Below are positions 28,089 to 38,240 of a stretch of DNA of 64,000 bases, one piece after another. The stretch is from the IMG/VR virus record IMGVR_UViG_3300001200_000009, one strand, 5' to 3'. The notes beneath the pieces were generated by a model that ran no database searches, was not told the origin of the DNA, and saw nothing but the letters and a program-made list of their open reading frames with translations. Origin of the DNA: a virus. A program made the translations under genes and the position numbers. Position 1 is the first letter of the stretch. Each line of letters opens with the position of its first letter.

Positions 28089-29420
28089 CTACCTTGGTCT
28101 CTTTTCACTGTCTTCGCGTGTTTCTTCATTGATATTATCCGGACTCTCGGTTCTTGCGACCGATAGAGACACTCGATAATTGCCATCTACGTCGAAAATA
28201 TGTCTGGCATTTGTGATGAGAAATTTACCAGACCGTTTCTTATCTTCTATTCTACTTATATCCGTTTCCGAATAGGCAGGCTGGTCCTTTGGTACCGAAA
28301 TATTGATGATAGTTCCAACAGTCGTATCATCTTCATGCGCGAGAGCGTGGTAGCCTGGAATCAGAATCTCAAATCGTTCTCGATTCAGTAAAACCAAGTC
28401 GCTATAACGAGAAAGCTTGTGCTTTTGACTGAAGAGCTTATCTTCATCATAGGCATTGATGTCCTTATACATTTGCGACGTGTTGACCTGTGTTACATAT
28501 CTTGACTCAGCGTTTGAAATGACTTCACCATCGATTGAAAAATTCTTATCAAACAAGGTCTGGTCGTATAAAACCTTTGCATTGTCCTTCTTTGTTTCAA
28601 AATAGTCAGCAGCCGAGAAATCGACGTGATCGACCGATCGAGTGAAGGTGTCAATGCTGAAATAGCGAGACCTTACAGCCCCTGTCTTAGCTACGTCGAG
28701 AATATTATCCTGCTCTGGGATGTTCATGTTGTAGATAACCGAAGCTTCGTGTAGGAATCTCGATTCGAGGTTAGGGTACGGTACTTGCGTATATCTAAAT
28801 GTCGTGTCTGGTAGTGGTTCACGACCAAGCATTTCTCCAAGAGAGGTGAAGGCCAATCCGCTGTTCAAAGTAGAATACAAGAACATCGGTTCACCAATAT
28901 CGGAGGTTGCTCTGTCTGTTAACCAAAATGATATTTCAATTGGAGTTCGATTGACACCAAGAACTTTAACTGTCTGGTCTGACCCTTCACGAACAGTAAT
29001 TTCTTCTTCAAAGACTTGGGCTAGGATGTCTTCGATTTTACCAGAATATGAACCTCTTAGGCGTCTAAATGCTCCAGTATAACCGCGCTTTTCAATGAAG
29101 TCAAGGACATATGAAGATGACCCATCGGCTAATGATTTAACCGATGATGGCACCGCAAAGATAATGAAGTCTTTTGCAATAATTCTGTCTCCAACCTCAA
29201 ATTCGATTGTGAGTTCTTCTTGGCCTTGAAAGTTAATCATCGAGGCAAGAGCAGAGGTGTCAGCGATAGCCAAAGACCCTGTCACGTAGGGAATGTAGAT
29301 ACTCTCATAGAAATTGAATTCGGCTACAGCGCGTGTAACGTCATATGCGGGTGATTCAATATTCTCATATCGATTCCGGCGAATCTCTACCTTACGGATT
29401 TTATAATCTGTTGCGTTCAT
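28089..29420 (-). CDS. baseplate hub protein (gp27-like)
   Basis: YESI..P.VTG....D, G.E and SGKFLIT..RH motifs; position between gp53 and gp5. Confidence 0.75.
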   Translation of the reverse strand: MNATDYKIRKVEIRRNRYENIESPAYDVTRAVAEFNFYESIYIPYVTGSLAIADTSALASMINFQGQEELTIEFEVGDRIIAKDFIIFAVPSSVKSLADGSSSYVLDFIEKRGYTGAFRRLRGSYSGKIEDILAQVFEEEITVREGSDQTVKVLGVNRTPIEISFWLTDRATSDIGEPMFLYSTLNSGLAFTSLGEMLGREPLPDTTFRYTQVPYPNLESRFLHEASVIYNMNIPEQDNILDVAKTGAVRSRYFSIDTFTRSVDHVDFSAADYFETKKDNAKVLYDQTLFDKNFSIDGEVISNAESRYVTQVNTSQMYKDINAYDEDKLFSQKHKLSRYSDLVLLNRERFEILIPGYHALAHEDDTTVGTIINISVPKDQPAYSETDISRIEDKKRSGKFLITNARHIFDVDGNYRVSLSVARTESPDNINEETREDSEKRPR

Positions 29421-30277
29421 TATCTGTCTAGTGAATTTGCTCTAAGCTTAACGAATTCGCCAATAAGTCCTGGCTTTACGATTTTGATATTCGATAGGTC
29501 TTGATTCTGATTCTGGTACCATTCTTTCCATGTTACCGTGTTATAAGGAGCTGTTAATGCGTATGGGTCAGGCGTGACAAGGTCTCCAACAACCCCGCCA
29601 ATAATGTTGGTTTCGCCTTCATTGCCTCTTCCACGAAAATCAAGGGCATAGTCAACATCGACATTGTCTCCATCGCCATCTTCAAAATGATGAACCGCAA
29701 GATAAGCTGGATTATGAACGATACGAGCAATCAATTGAGAATCGGGAGCTCCTTCAAAGACATCAACCACTGATTCGTTACGAAGGAATGGAATATCATT
29801 CGTCTTTCGTACGAATAGTTGTCCAAGGTCTACATTACGAGCATAGACAACTCCACTGGCTCCAGAAATTTGTCCAAAGATATTTGACCCAACCGGAAAG
29901 GCGTCAATCATAGCATGCTGAAGATAATCAGTGTTGTCACCAACATCAACTCCGTCTTGTGGTAAAAATACTAAACACTCGCCTGGCAATTGTTCATTCA
30001 TCAGCTTGTTTAGATTTTCTACTGATTGAGGCCAGCCTTTTTCTCTTAGGTCTGGATTTAGCATGAAGAACGTCCAATAATAGTCACTTGTTCCATACAG
30101 TCGTTCAGACACAATATCTGGTCTCTCGCCATCGGTCACGCTAAAGAAGCTGTAAACGCTTGTCGCATCTACGACTTGGTCAAACACATCAGAGTACGTA
30201 GTCATGTTAGTGAACTTGACTTTTTTACCGTTTTTGAAGGTATAAGGAACCTCTTTGAATTTGTCGAAGTATGTCAT
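29420..30277 (-). CDS. gp53: baseplate wedge subunit
   Basis: YF..F, DGERPDIVS.RLYG..DYYW.F...N...WP and I.IVKP motifs. Confidence 0.92.
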   Translation of the reverse strand: MTYFDKFKEVPYTFKNGKKVKFTNMTTYSDVFDQVVDATSVYSFFSVTDGERPDIVSERLYGTSDYYWTFFMLNPDLREKGWPQSVENLNKLMNEQLPGECLVFLPQDGVDVGDNTDYLQHAMIDAFPVGSNIFGQISGASGVVYARNVDLGQLFVRKTNDIPFLRNESVVDVFEGAPDSQLIARIVHNPAYLAVHHFEDGDGDNVDVDYALDFRGRGNEGETNIIGGVVGDLVTPDPYALTAPYNTVTWKEWYQNQNQDLSNIKIVKPGLIGEFVKLRANSLDR

Positions 30278-31225
30278 CTAGAATCCTTTTTCGATTTCTG
30301 CTTTCGATAGAGTTCTATCTTCGGTAATAGACACTGAAAGCTTAGTCGCGATAGGTTGACCGTCAGCGTGCCATGACATTGTACTCTCTGGGTCAAGGGT
30401 CGTTTGAATGTCAGTGATATACGAATATTGTAGACGAGGACCAATACGAATCATACCGTTGTTCTTGTCGATACCGTCAACCCCATATTGTTCTTCGATT
30501 TGCTGCTCAATAACTGGATTCGAGTTAAGGATGTCAAGAGCATCATCGTTCAACTGATAGAACATATCGACTTTAAGCATCGATGGAAACTTATAGACAA
30601 GATTTCGAGTAAGCTCATTGTTTGAGGTCTCATACTCTGGATAGGCGATAAGACGGAAGAACTTAACGATTTTTTCGATTTGTTCAGCCTCTTGACGGTT
30701 TGTAGGAACCATGTCAAAATCAAATCCAAACGAACGAATCTTAACCTGATCGAATACTGATCGGGTATGCGGATTGGCGGTATAACGTAATCCTGAGCGA
30801 ACTGCAGTACCGGCTTGGGTGTTTTCTAGATTGAATCGCTGAAGAACCTTTGTTACCAACGAAGCGTTAATCTTCTCTCCACTGATAAAGTCCTTACCAG
30901 TTTTGATGGCGTCAACAAAAGATGAAGACGCGAAGTCTAGAGCGGCAGCAGTACGTTTACCTACATCTCCAACCGGACCAGCTGCTCCAGCCAAAATAGC
31001 CTTTTCAAGAACTCGACCAGAAAAGTCAAGGTCTTTCTCATTGTAGCTCAGTCCGTCTGAAAAGTTAATAGCTCCAGGCAGATAGAGGTAAACGGCTGGC
31101 GTATTAGCTCCCTTAATGCGAGTAATATTGCGGTCATCGAGCTCAAAGTCTAGCTGTTTGAATCGAATCCATGTACGATTCTTCGACGATTTCTCAAATG
31201 GGTAACGATAAACTTGATTTGCCAT
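30278..31225 (-). CDS. gp48: baseplate tail-tube cap
   Basis: YP, LYLP, NP....F....RSF.F.F...P....EA..I..I...FR...YP motifs. Confidence 0.85.
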   Translation of the reverse strand: MANQVYRYPFEKSSKNRTWIRFKQLDFELDDRNITRIKGANTPAVYLYLPGAINFSDGLSYNEKDLDFSGRVLEKAILAGAAGPVGDVGKRTAAALDFASSSFVDAIKTGKDFISGEKINASLVTKVLQRFNLENTQAGTAVRSGLRYTANPHTRSVFDQVKIRSFGFDFDMVPTNRQEAEQIEKIVKFFRLIAYPEYETSNNELTRNLVYKFPSMLKVDMFYQLNDDALDILNSNPVIEQQIEEQYGVDGIDKNNGMIRIGPRLQYSYITDIQTTLDPESTMSWHADGQPIATKLSVSITEDRTLSKAEIEKGF

Positions 31226-31232
31226 TTGGCTC

Positions 31233-31682
31233 CTAAAACTTCAAAATCTTCTTGGCCTTTAGAATCTTCTCGGTCCAGACCTGAAAATCCCAGCCACGGT
31301 CTGCAGCATAGTTTTCTGCTGCTTTCCATTTACACTGATTGGTTATGTACGTTCTGCCTTCTTTGAGGTAACGCTGACGATTCCTGTTCTTACCCTTACG
31401 AGGCGGCTTTGTTTCCTTATGAGGCTTAATTTCGATAAGAGTAGTCTTACCGTTAGCCCATACTACCTTTGCATCCATAAAGTAACGACGAGTTCTATTT
31501 GTAGTCTTATCGAAATAAGGCACAATGGTTTCTTCGGCTTCCCAAAAAGCTACTTCCGAAGACTTATCACACCAAAGAAAGAATGCGCGCTCCCAAGATG
31601 AACGATAAACTACCTTCGTCGGGTCTCCAAGATACTTCTCTGGTTTCTTAAGCTTATAGGTCCCTTTGTGGTATTTGGCCAT
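31233..31682 (-). CDS. gp4: head completion nuclease
   Basis: KY.GDP..V.YRSSWER.F..WCD, RRYF.D, IEIKP and NQ.KW.AA motifs. Confidence 0.93.
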   Translation of the reverse strand: MAKYHKGTYKLKKPEKYLGDPTKVVYRSSWERAFFLWCDKSSEVAFWEAEETIVPYFDKTTNRTRRYFMDAKVVWANGKTTLIEIKPHKETKPPRKGKNRNRQRYLKEGRTYITNQCKWKAAENYAADRGWDFQVWTEKILKAKKILKF

Positions 31683-31690
31683 TATAATCC

Positions 31691-31719
31691 TATAAATACT
31701 TTCATGCAATGTATTTATA
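31691..31719. promoter_or_regulatory. pair of opposed late promoters serving gp4 and the gp2/gp54/tape-measure operon
   Basis: TATAAATA on + at 31691-31698 and on - at 31712-31719. Confidence 0.8.
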
Positions 31720-31734
31720 TCACATGTGAGACCG

Positions 31735-32124
31735 ATGAACTATAAAGAGTGGATTTCTAGACGTCTTGGTCAATCAAAGGGCCGTGCCGAACTGAAATTT
31801 GGTGGTATCTATTTGTTTGACGTACGTAGACAATTGCCGCCTGTCATGATCGTAACAAGAGCCTATACGCACGCCATATACGGATTTGACCTGTCAAAGA
31901 TGAGTAATAATCTTAGACGAGCAGTGATGTCTGAATATAAAAAAGCCATGGCCGAAACGAACGAACTTCGTCGTAACGGTAAGCTTTTCAATATTGAGCG
32001 TAGACTGAAAAATTATCGAGTGTCTAAAGATTCGGTAGTTTCGTACAAGACAAGAGATATACTCAGTCGTGTCGTAGAATTAACACCTACAGAAATTGAT
32101 GAATTCATAAGGATGTCAAAGTAA
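31735..32124 (+). CDS. divergent DNA end protector-like protein (gp2 position)
   Basis: Synteny (divergent from gp4, upstream of gp54) with only weak G.IYLF...GF.L resemblance. Confidence 0.45.
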   Translation: MNYKEWISRRLGQSKGRAELKFGGIYLFDVRRQLPPVMIVTRAYTHAIYGFDLSKMSNNLRRAVMSEYKKAMAETNELRRNGKLFNIERRLKNYRVSKDSVVSYKTRDILSRVVELTPTEIDEFIRMSK

Positions 32125-32765
32125 TGGTCGCAATCGGACCTAAAATAGCTAAATCGATCATTAACTTTAATGGCGGAGTCGCTAAAGAAAACAAATATCG
32201 TGTTGTGATGCCCACTCTCTTTATCGGCGGAGACGCTATCACGATGGATGTCCTATGTCGTTCAACAAGTCTTCCAGGTAAGGTGATTGCTACGGCCGAT
32301 CGTAAGACGAACATGAAGAAGATCGCTGTGCCCACTGGTTATGAGGTCGCGGACATTGAGATAACCTTTACCGAGCCTGCTAATCGAAATGTTTCAAGAT
32401 ATTTCGATATCTGGTTGGATAGAATCGTCGACAAAAAAAATTACAACATTGCCTATAAGGACGATATCGTACGCGATATTCTAGTCATGTCGACCGACGA
32501 TAACGGAATTCCAAATTATATCGTAACTCTTCGCAACGCCTTTCCTGTTATTAAGACCCCAATACCGCTAACCGACAAATCTGAAAATGCAATCAGCGAG
32601 GTGAGCGTAACATTCTCTTATGAAGACTTCAAAGTTCACGACAGTACTCTTCTTTCGGGTGCGTCTGACTTATCAAGGCAAATATCCGCCAATAGCTTTG
32701 TGGTTCCAACAAATATTCTACGCGGCATTACAAGTGGAATCAATATTGATCGAGGTATTCTATAA
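32124..32765 (+). CDS. gp54: baseplate-tail tube initiator
   Basis: GG.A..N.Y.V, LC..TSLPG, L.NAFP and VTFSY tube-family motifs. Confidence 0.85.
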   Translation: MVAIGPKIAKSIINFNGGVAKENKYRVVMPTLFIGGDAITMDVLCRSTSLPGKVIATADRKTNMKKIAVPTGYEVADIEITFTEPANRNVSRYFDIWLDRIVDKKNYNIAYKDDIVRDILVMSTDDNGIPNYIVTLRNAFPVIKTPIPLTDKSENAISEVSVTFSYEDFKVHDSTLLSGASDLSRQISANSFVVPTNILRGITSGINIDRGIL

Positions 32766-34432
32766 TGGCTGACCTTGGAACTATTGCTGGACTGATTCGA
32801 GAACAAACTGAGATAAATGAACTTAGTACCGAAATGGTACGTGACGAAATCGCCGAAACAAATGACAACATCCAAGAGATGATTGGATTCCTAGTTTCTG
32901 ACCGTAGAGAACAACGTGAAGCTAGAAGAGAAGAGCGCGATGATCGTCTTGACAAAGACCTCAAAGACAAGATTAAGCAGAAAGATAAATCTGAACTTCC
33001 TCCACAGCGTATCAGAGGAGGCATTAGTCCATTAGGTGCTGCTGCCGGATTTCTTGGAATTTCGACTGGGCTATTAGGCGGACTTCTTGGCATTCTTGCT
33101 CGTTGGGAACAGAAAAAAGATGAAATCGACCAGTCTATTCAAGGCGCACTTACATCTATTAATGGTATCGTAGCAGCGCCTGTGATTACTTCCTTTCTTG
33201 GCAAAGTCCGCGGACTTACAAAGGGTGCAATATCAAGCGTGATAAAGTTCTTTAGCCTTGGATTCAATAAGATTGCTATTCCTATTACTGCTGCTATTCA
33301 AGCCGAACTGGCTGTACTAAGAGCTGGTGGAGCAACGCTTAAACCCGGATGGGCAAAAACCTTCAAATTGATTGGTGGTTTATGGAATGGATTAAAGGGA
33401 ATTTCAGGTTTCCTTTCAAAGGTAGTTTCTACTGGCTCAAAATTTATCAAACCTTTCTTTAAATTCGCGGGTGGTTTTCTAAGTTTCTTCGGTCGTTTAT
33501 CTGGTGTGTTCACAATTGCCATCGCTTTCTTCGATGGAATCAGAGCTTTCTGGAAAGAATGGGAAACTGGAGAGCGTAACATCTTTAGACTGTTTAGAGT
33601 AGGTGTTGAAGGCGCTCTTAAAGGTTTCTTATCCCTAATAGGAGATGTTGGTGGAGTATTTGGCTGGATGGCTGAAAAGTTTCTAACATTCATCGGTGTT
33701 TCTGAAGAAAAGTCAGCTGCAATCAGAGGAATCATTACATCTTCATTTGAAGTCATCGAAGCTATCCTAACTAGAGTTGTTGGAATCTTTGGTGACATAT
33801 TTGAATATGTTGGAAATGTGATAACCAATCTTTGGGGTATTTTCTCGAATAGCGACACAACTCTAAAAGAAAAGGGTTCAGCATTCCTTGGAATGATTGG
33901 TGCCGGCCTTGGTAATTTGGTTGGTGTTGTCAAGGGATTCTTTAAAGGTCTTCTTAGTCCGATTACAAGCTCTAAAAATTTAGTAAAGAAATTTACAGGC
34001 GGGTCTGATAATGAAGACGGTCAAGCAATCATCAAAGCGTTCAAGGGTCTGCGGGACAATATGAATAAGCTCTTAAAGAAAATGACTGACGGTATTGTCA
34101 AGAGATGGGAAGGCGTGAAGGCTTGGTTTGGTAAGCAAAAAGCAAAGCACTTCCAGCGCCTTACGACTGAAGAGGCTATAAGACAGGGTTATATTCCACC
34201 GTCTGATGAGCGCACTCAAGTTATGTCTACTCCGGTTAGAGCTACTGGCATGAAGCTAAAATCAGCTAGTCAAACTATTGCTCAGCATGAGACTCGACAG
34301 GCCGTTGCAATTTCTGCCCCAAGTGTTACACAAAATTCTTCGAGCGTTAACGTAAGCTCTAATTCTCAGTTGGTAAGTATTCCACCATCTGCTTCTAATC
34401 GTGCTGACCCGCACGCATACGGCATACGGTAA
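32765..34432 (+). CDS. tape measure / baseplate hub protein (gp29-like)
   Basis: Long helical G/F/W-rich amphipathic sequence, SAPS..N..S C-terminus; follows gp54. Confidence 0.7.
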   Translation: MADLGTIAGLIREQTEINELSTEMVRDEIAETNDNIQEMIGFLVSDRREQREARREERDDRLDKDLKDKIKQKDKSELPPQRIRGGISPLGAAAGFLGISTGLLGGLLGILARWEQKKDEIDQSIQGALTSINGIVAAPVITSFLGKVRGLTKGAISSVIKFFSLGFNKIAIPITAAIQAELAVLRAGGATLKPGWAKTFKLIGGLWNGLKGISGFLSKVVSTGSKFIKPFFKFAGGFLSFFGRLSGVFTIAIAFFDGIRAFWKEWETGERNIFRLFRVGVEGALKGFLSLIGDVGGVFGWMAEKFLTFIGVSEEKSAAIRGIITSSFEVIEAILTRVVGIFGDIFEYVGNVITNLWGIFSNSDTTLKEKGSAFLGMIGAGLGNLVGVVKGFFKGLLSPITSSKNLVKKFTGGSDNEDGQAIIKAFKGLRDNMNKLLKKMTDGIVKRWEGVKAWFGKQKAKHFQRLTTEEAIRQGYIPPSDERTQVMSTPVRATGMKLKSASQTIAQHETRQAVAISAPSVTQNSSSVNVSSNSQLVSIPPSASNRADPHAYGIR

Positions 34433-34442
34433 TTTCACAAAA

Positions 34443-34465
34443 TAAAAGGGACCATGTCCCTTTTA
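34443..34465. terminator. bidirectional intrinsic terminator
   Basis: TAAAAGGGAC-CAT-GTCCCTTTTA between convergent genes. Confidence 0.8.
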
Positions 34466-34523
34466 CCGACCAGCTAGGCTGACCCATGGGCGTTGCCCTA
34501 AAATTGTGTACCGGTGCCGTGCA

Positions 34524-34823
34524 TTATTTTTTTGATAGCCATTTCTCAACTCCAAAGAATGTAGCAATAATACCAAACATTCCGACATAGAAGAATCCAA
34601 GGACTACTCCATACGCCTGAAGAAGGGCAATTGAAACAACTCCAGCAGCTGGAGCAATGAGTAGAAATGCAGTTACCAGCAAAATAGCAACAAAAGCGCC
34701 GATAGTTAATCTACGGCGCGATTTGAATTTCATGAAAAAGACAGTGTGTTCGTCCTCAGTTACGTGACCATCGTTATCTAGGTCTTCGCCAGGCTGATGG
34801 ATGTGGTCATCATCGTGCATCAT
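34524..34823 (-). CDS. two-TM membrane protein with EF-hand-like loop (holin candidate)
   Basis: DLDNDGHVTEDE followed by RRR and two hydrophobic helices. Confidence 0.6.
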   Translation of the reverse strand: MMHDDDHIHQPGEDLDNDGHVTEDEHTVFFMKFKSRRRLTIGAFVAILLVTAFLLIAPAAGVVSIALLQAYGVVLGFFYVGMFGIIATFFGVEKWLSKK

Positions 34824-34977
34824 TTTCTTCCATTTCTCTTGCTCGCTCTTCTACAAGGGCGATGTGAATTTCTCTTTCCCAAGGTACCCAAGCCTCTTGA
34901 ACGTCGATTGGATAGTTGAAATCTTGGTGTAATTGAAATTGAGTTCGATAGAAATTCTCAAGATCGTTATAGGACAT
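34810..34977 (-). CDS. gp51: baseplate hub assembly catalyst (short gp51 type, 55 aa, not in ORF track)
   Basis: Translated by hand: MSYNDLENFYRTQFQLHQDFNYPIDVQEAWVPWEREIHIALV...; PWER motif, TAATG overlap with gp26. Confidence 0.8.
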   Translation of the reverse strand: MSYNDLENFYRTQFQLHQDFNYPIDVQEAWVPWEREIHIALVEERAREMEENDAR

Positions 34978-35699
34978 TAAGACCCGAAAAAATTTTCGAT
35001 GCCTTCCAACCTCCGGTCTTTGTTATCTTCTCCACAGCTTTTACAAACGAACGGCACCTCTAAATAAGCAGTAGGTGTACCATCAATAAATTCTCTTAGC
35101 TTTTGATGAGTTGGCGAAGATAAAGAATCTAAAAAGTTTTCTCTATCGGCCTTTGATTCATCCGAGAATTTCATGATATCGTCAGTCGTTTGGACTGTAT
35201 CAACAACAACGTCGAGAACCTCGTAATAGAGACTCGCTTCCTTATTGTTATTTATAAGCTTCGGATTTTTCAGCACATCTCCGAGTGTTAATTCTCTTAA
35301 ACCGATATGAATATTGTCTGCAACTTCGATAGTCGCGGCTTCACCAGTACGAGGTTCTCCACTGAATTTAATTGCTTCAAGGTCTGCTGTAATCTTATGT
35401 GGATGCTCACACTTCTTACATAGAACTTGCAGCTCTTGGTCTTCTCCAACAGACTTACCGCGAATTTGGCTTAAAGCATATTCAGTATAATATAGAGGTT
35501 GGTCATTGAAGGTAAAATTCTCGACGCAAGCGTTTGTCACGTCGAGAATAGCTTTTGCTAGACTAATCGAGTCGTTTGACTCAATTGATAATAGGAGTAC
35601 CTTCTCTTCCTTACCGGTAAAAGGCCGATAGTTCAGATTTACATTGCCCGGAAGGGTCATACTGTGGGTAAACCCAGTCTGGATAATAGGTAACGCCAT
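34977..35699 (-). CDS. gp26: baseplate hub assembly protein
   Basis: MALP, YRPF..KEEK.LL, IRGKSVGE, CxxC twice, LEG..NFF. Confidence 0.9.
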   Translation of the reverse strand: MALPIIQTGFTHSMTLPGNVNLNYRPFTGKEEKVLLLSIESNDSISLAKAILDVTNACVENFTFNDQPLYYTEYALSQIRGKSVGEDQELQVLCKKCEHPHKITADLEAIKFSGEPRTGEAATIEVADNIHIGLRELTLGDVLKNPKLINNNKEASLYYEVLDVVVDTVQTTDDIMKFSDESKADRENFLDSLSSPTHQKLREFIDGTPTAYLEVPFVCKSCGEDNKDRRLEGIENFFGS

Positions 35700-35702
35700 T
35701 GA

Positions 35703-36017
35703 TTAGTCCTCTTTGTTTTCGTCTGCTTCGACACCAGGGTCTTGCGAACGGTCTTCATCAGCTCCGACTGGATTTGGAGCTACTCCTTCTTGAGGCTTAG
35801 GTAACCATGCTAGATGGACCCAACCTTGAGGGATAAGATGATGGATGCCTTGCGCGTCAAGTACGAAATGACCGTTTGGTCCTTCGTGAATTCCGACTGG
35901 GGCATTGATTTGAACCTTAGCGCCAGATGAGGCTGTGTAGACACGCCACGCTTCATGACGAAGGTCTTGGAGCTGAACTCCTTGCTGACCTTGCGGTTCT
36001 TGAGTTTTTTCGGTCAT
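35703..36017 (-). CDS. hypothetical protein
   Basis: AAGGA SD before MTEK; E.WR.Y...V.I..P...H..D..G..H.IP.GW pattern. Confidence 0.6.
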   Translation of the reverse strand: MTEKTQEPQGQQGVQLQDLRHEAWRVYTASSGAKVQINAPVGIHEGPNGHFVLDAQGIHHLIPQGWVHLAWLPKPQEGVAPNPVGADEDRSQDPGVEADENKED

Positions 36018-36032
36018 TGAATTCCTTAAAGT

Positions 36033-36054
36033 GGCGGTGGAATTAACCACCGCC
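36033..36054 (-). terminator. hairpin terminator downstream of gp32
   Basis: GGCGGTGG-6nt-CCACCGCC followed by ACTTT. Confidence 0.65.
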
Positions 36055-36063
36055 TAGTTGCGA

Positions 36064-36969
36064 CTAGTCTTCGTTAGCCATGTCTTGGAAGTAGCTTAGC
36101 GACTCTTCGGACGCTTCATTTTCTACTGTCGTTTCGTCAGTAGACTCTTCTTCCGCGGTTTGGTCGCTACGAGGTTCGGCTGTACGCTCATTGTCCGAGT
36201 AGGACGTTGCGGCTCCAGCTGAGATACCCATAACGCGATTGAACTTCGTTTTCAGTTCATCGTAAGATTTGAACTTGTCAGCCGAGATTAGGTCTTCGAT
36301 GTTTTCCATCTCATTGTAAACTCGTTCCAATTCGCCTTCGTCACCAGCTAGAAGCGGAGAGACTTTGTCGAATGTTGAACTGTCATAGTTCGCCCATCCT
36401 TCTACTTTCTTACGACGCAGCTTGAAGTTAGCACCGTCCCAGAAGTCGAATGGGTTGATTGGCTCATCACCGTCAAACTCAGGAGACATAGCGTCTTTGA
36501 TTTTGCCGAAGATTTTCTTACCGAACTTGTATTTGAAGACCTTACCATTGTCCTCTGGATTCGACGGATGGTCGATTACCAGGATGTTGGTAACATAGTT
36601 GAGATTACGGGTCATGCCCAAATCACGAACTCGCTTCTGTCCTGCTTCGCCAGTATTCCAAAGCTCAGATGAGTATTCACCAACTGGGTCAGGTTGTCCT
36701 AGAGTAGACAAAGCCTTCTCTACGTAGTATTGACCATTTTTCGGATTTTTGAAGAAGTAGTCCCAATACTGAATCCAGAACTTAGCGTCCGGTCCTTTAG
36801 CTGGGAGGAAGCGGATAACGGCTTGGCCATTACCAGTCTTTTTGTCATAACCTAATTTCCAGAACTCGTCGTTCTTGTAATTTTTCTTGCCTTCGTAAGC
36901 TTCAGTAGCTTGTTTAGCGAGCGAGTCTAGGTCCTTGACGCGATTTTTTTTCATAGTTGCAAATGACAT
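36064..36969 (-). CDS. gp32: single-stranded DNA-binding protein
   Basis: MSFA.MKK, GNG.AVIRFLPA, DPV.E, NPFDFW.GANFKL and NYD.S.F motifs, acidic tail. Confidence 0.96.
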   Translation of the reverse strand: MSFATMKKNRVKDLDSLAKQATEAYEGKKNYKNDEFWKLGYDKKTGNGQAVIRFLPAKGPDAKFWIQYWDYFFKNPKNGQYYVEKALSTLGQPDPVGEYSSELWNTGEAGQKRVRDLGMTRNLNYVTNILVIDHPSNPEDNGKVFKYKFGKKIFGKIKDAMSPEFDGDEPINPFDFWDGANFKLRRKKVEGWANYDSSTFDKVSPLLAGDEGELERVYNEMENIEDLISADKFKSYDELKTKFNRVMGISAGAATSYSDNERTAEPRSDQTAEEESTDETTVENEASEESLSYFQDMANED

Positions 36970-37031
36970 TGTATGCTTTCGTTATGTTTGTTGTTTTTGA
37001 ATTATCCACGCTAGCATGATATAGATGTTAT

Positions 37032-37060
37032 ATTGTAACATAAAGGATTCACATTGTAAA
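37032..37060 (-). promoter_or_regulatory. early sigma70-type promoter
   Basis: TTTACA-17-TACAAT upstream of gp32. Confidence 0.7.
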
Positions 37061-37075
37061 TAGCTTTATGCAGAT

Positions 37076-37666
37076 TTATTTATATGCGTTTTGGAGTGCT
37101 TTTTCGACTTTTTTCGTGAGGTCATCTCTATCGATTTTGATGAATGACCCATATTTCAGCAGCTTTAAACGCGTTGCTGGCCATAGGAGTTGGTCGAACT
37201 CTGGCATTTTGTTGACATTGCCGGTTAGCTTATTGAACATCACGACAGTTTCAATCGAGATTTCTTCGGCTAACAGGCAAGTGATGATGTACGGCTTTTG
37301 GTCTTCGCCTAAGAAGACCTCATTGAACTTCTTACCGCTCGACAATAGGAACTTAATGTCCTTCTCGAATTGATAAGACCGCCGCTCAAATCTGGCTTCC
37401 CACTCATTATAGATAAATGGGTCGTGTTCGAACATGTCGCCAATCCATGAATGGTCCTCAATAAGGGACGCTAGACAGAATCGGATAAAATCTTTTTCGT
37501 TGGGATATTTGTCACAAGCCTTGTGGAAGTGCCATTGGTCTCGACGTTTTAAGAAGGAGCCCTCAGATGCACCGGTTTTGAAGCCGTATTTTGGGGCATT
37601 AAAACCTTCAGATGAGAAGTGAAGCTTCATCGAGAGGTAAATTTGAAAGGCGCGAAATGGTGTCAA
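37076..37666 (-). CDS. gp59: helicase loader
   Basis: YLSMKLHF, F.KR.D..F, WIGD, ISIET and KY..F motifs. Confidence 0.9.
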   Translation of the reverse strand: MTPFRAFQIYLSMKLHFSSEGFNAPKYGFKTGASEGSFLKRRDQWHFHKACDKYPNEKDFIRFCLASLIEDHSWIGDMFEHDPFIYNEWEARFERRSYQFEKDIKFLLSSGKKFNEVFLGEDQKPYIITCLLAEEISIETVVMFNKLTGNVNKMPEFDQLLWPATRLKLLKYGSFIKIDRDDLTKKVEKALQNAYK

Positions 37667-37910
37667 GTACTATTTTCTTCAACAAGTAGGACAATCAATC
37701 CAATGGTCATTATTATGGCAGCAGTGAAATACGCCTGAAACGCAAATAGTATTGCGCCAAATCCGAAGTTTATACCTCCTAGAAAGCAATGGAGATTACT
37801 ATTCACATGCCATCCAATTTGCTAGAAGACCGCCTAAAATCAAGGCTAATCCTAATGGACCTAACCCGCCAAGAATGCAGATAAATCCTGTGATAATAAT
37901 CGCACTTACG

Positions 37911-38240
37911 TTATTTCCAAATCGTCTTGTCAATTAGAATGCCTTGCATAGAATGCAATAGAGGCAGCAAATAATTAAAAAGCTCAGCGTTTAGTCTAAG
38001 AGCTTCTGTAAGAGCTTGAGAAATAGTCCCAAAGGTTCCATGAGAGGTACACACTCTGTCCCAAACTTCAACAGTTAGAGAATGGGCTTCAGGAATATCA
38101 GCCGGACCAAGGCCCTCTTCAGTGAGAGGCATTTCAATAACGAAATATGGCCATTTTCTCGGGTCTAATGGGTCGTACCAATTCTTCACAAATTCGTCGA
38201 CGTTACCGTCTTTGTCTAGGTATAAAGAATGGTCTGTCAT
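37911..38240 (-). CDS. hypothetical protein
   Basis: ORF with ATGA overlap to gp33. Confidence 0.5.
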   Translation of the reverse strand: MTDHSLYLDKDGNVDEFVKNWYDPLDPRKWPYFVIEMPLTEEGLGPADIPEAHSLTVEVWDRVCTSHGTFGTISQALTEALRLNAELFNYLLPLLHSMQGILIDKTIWK

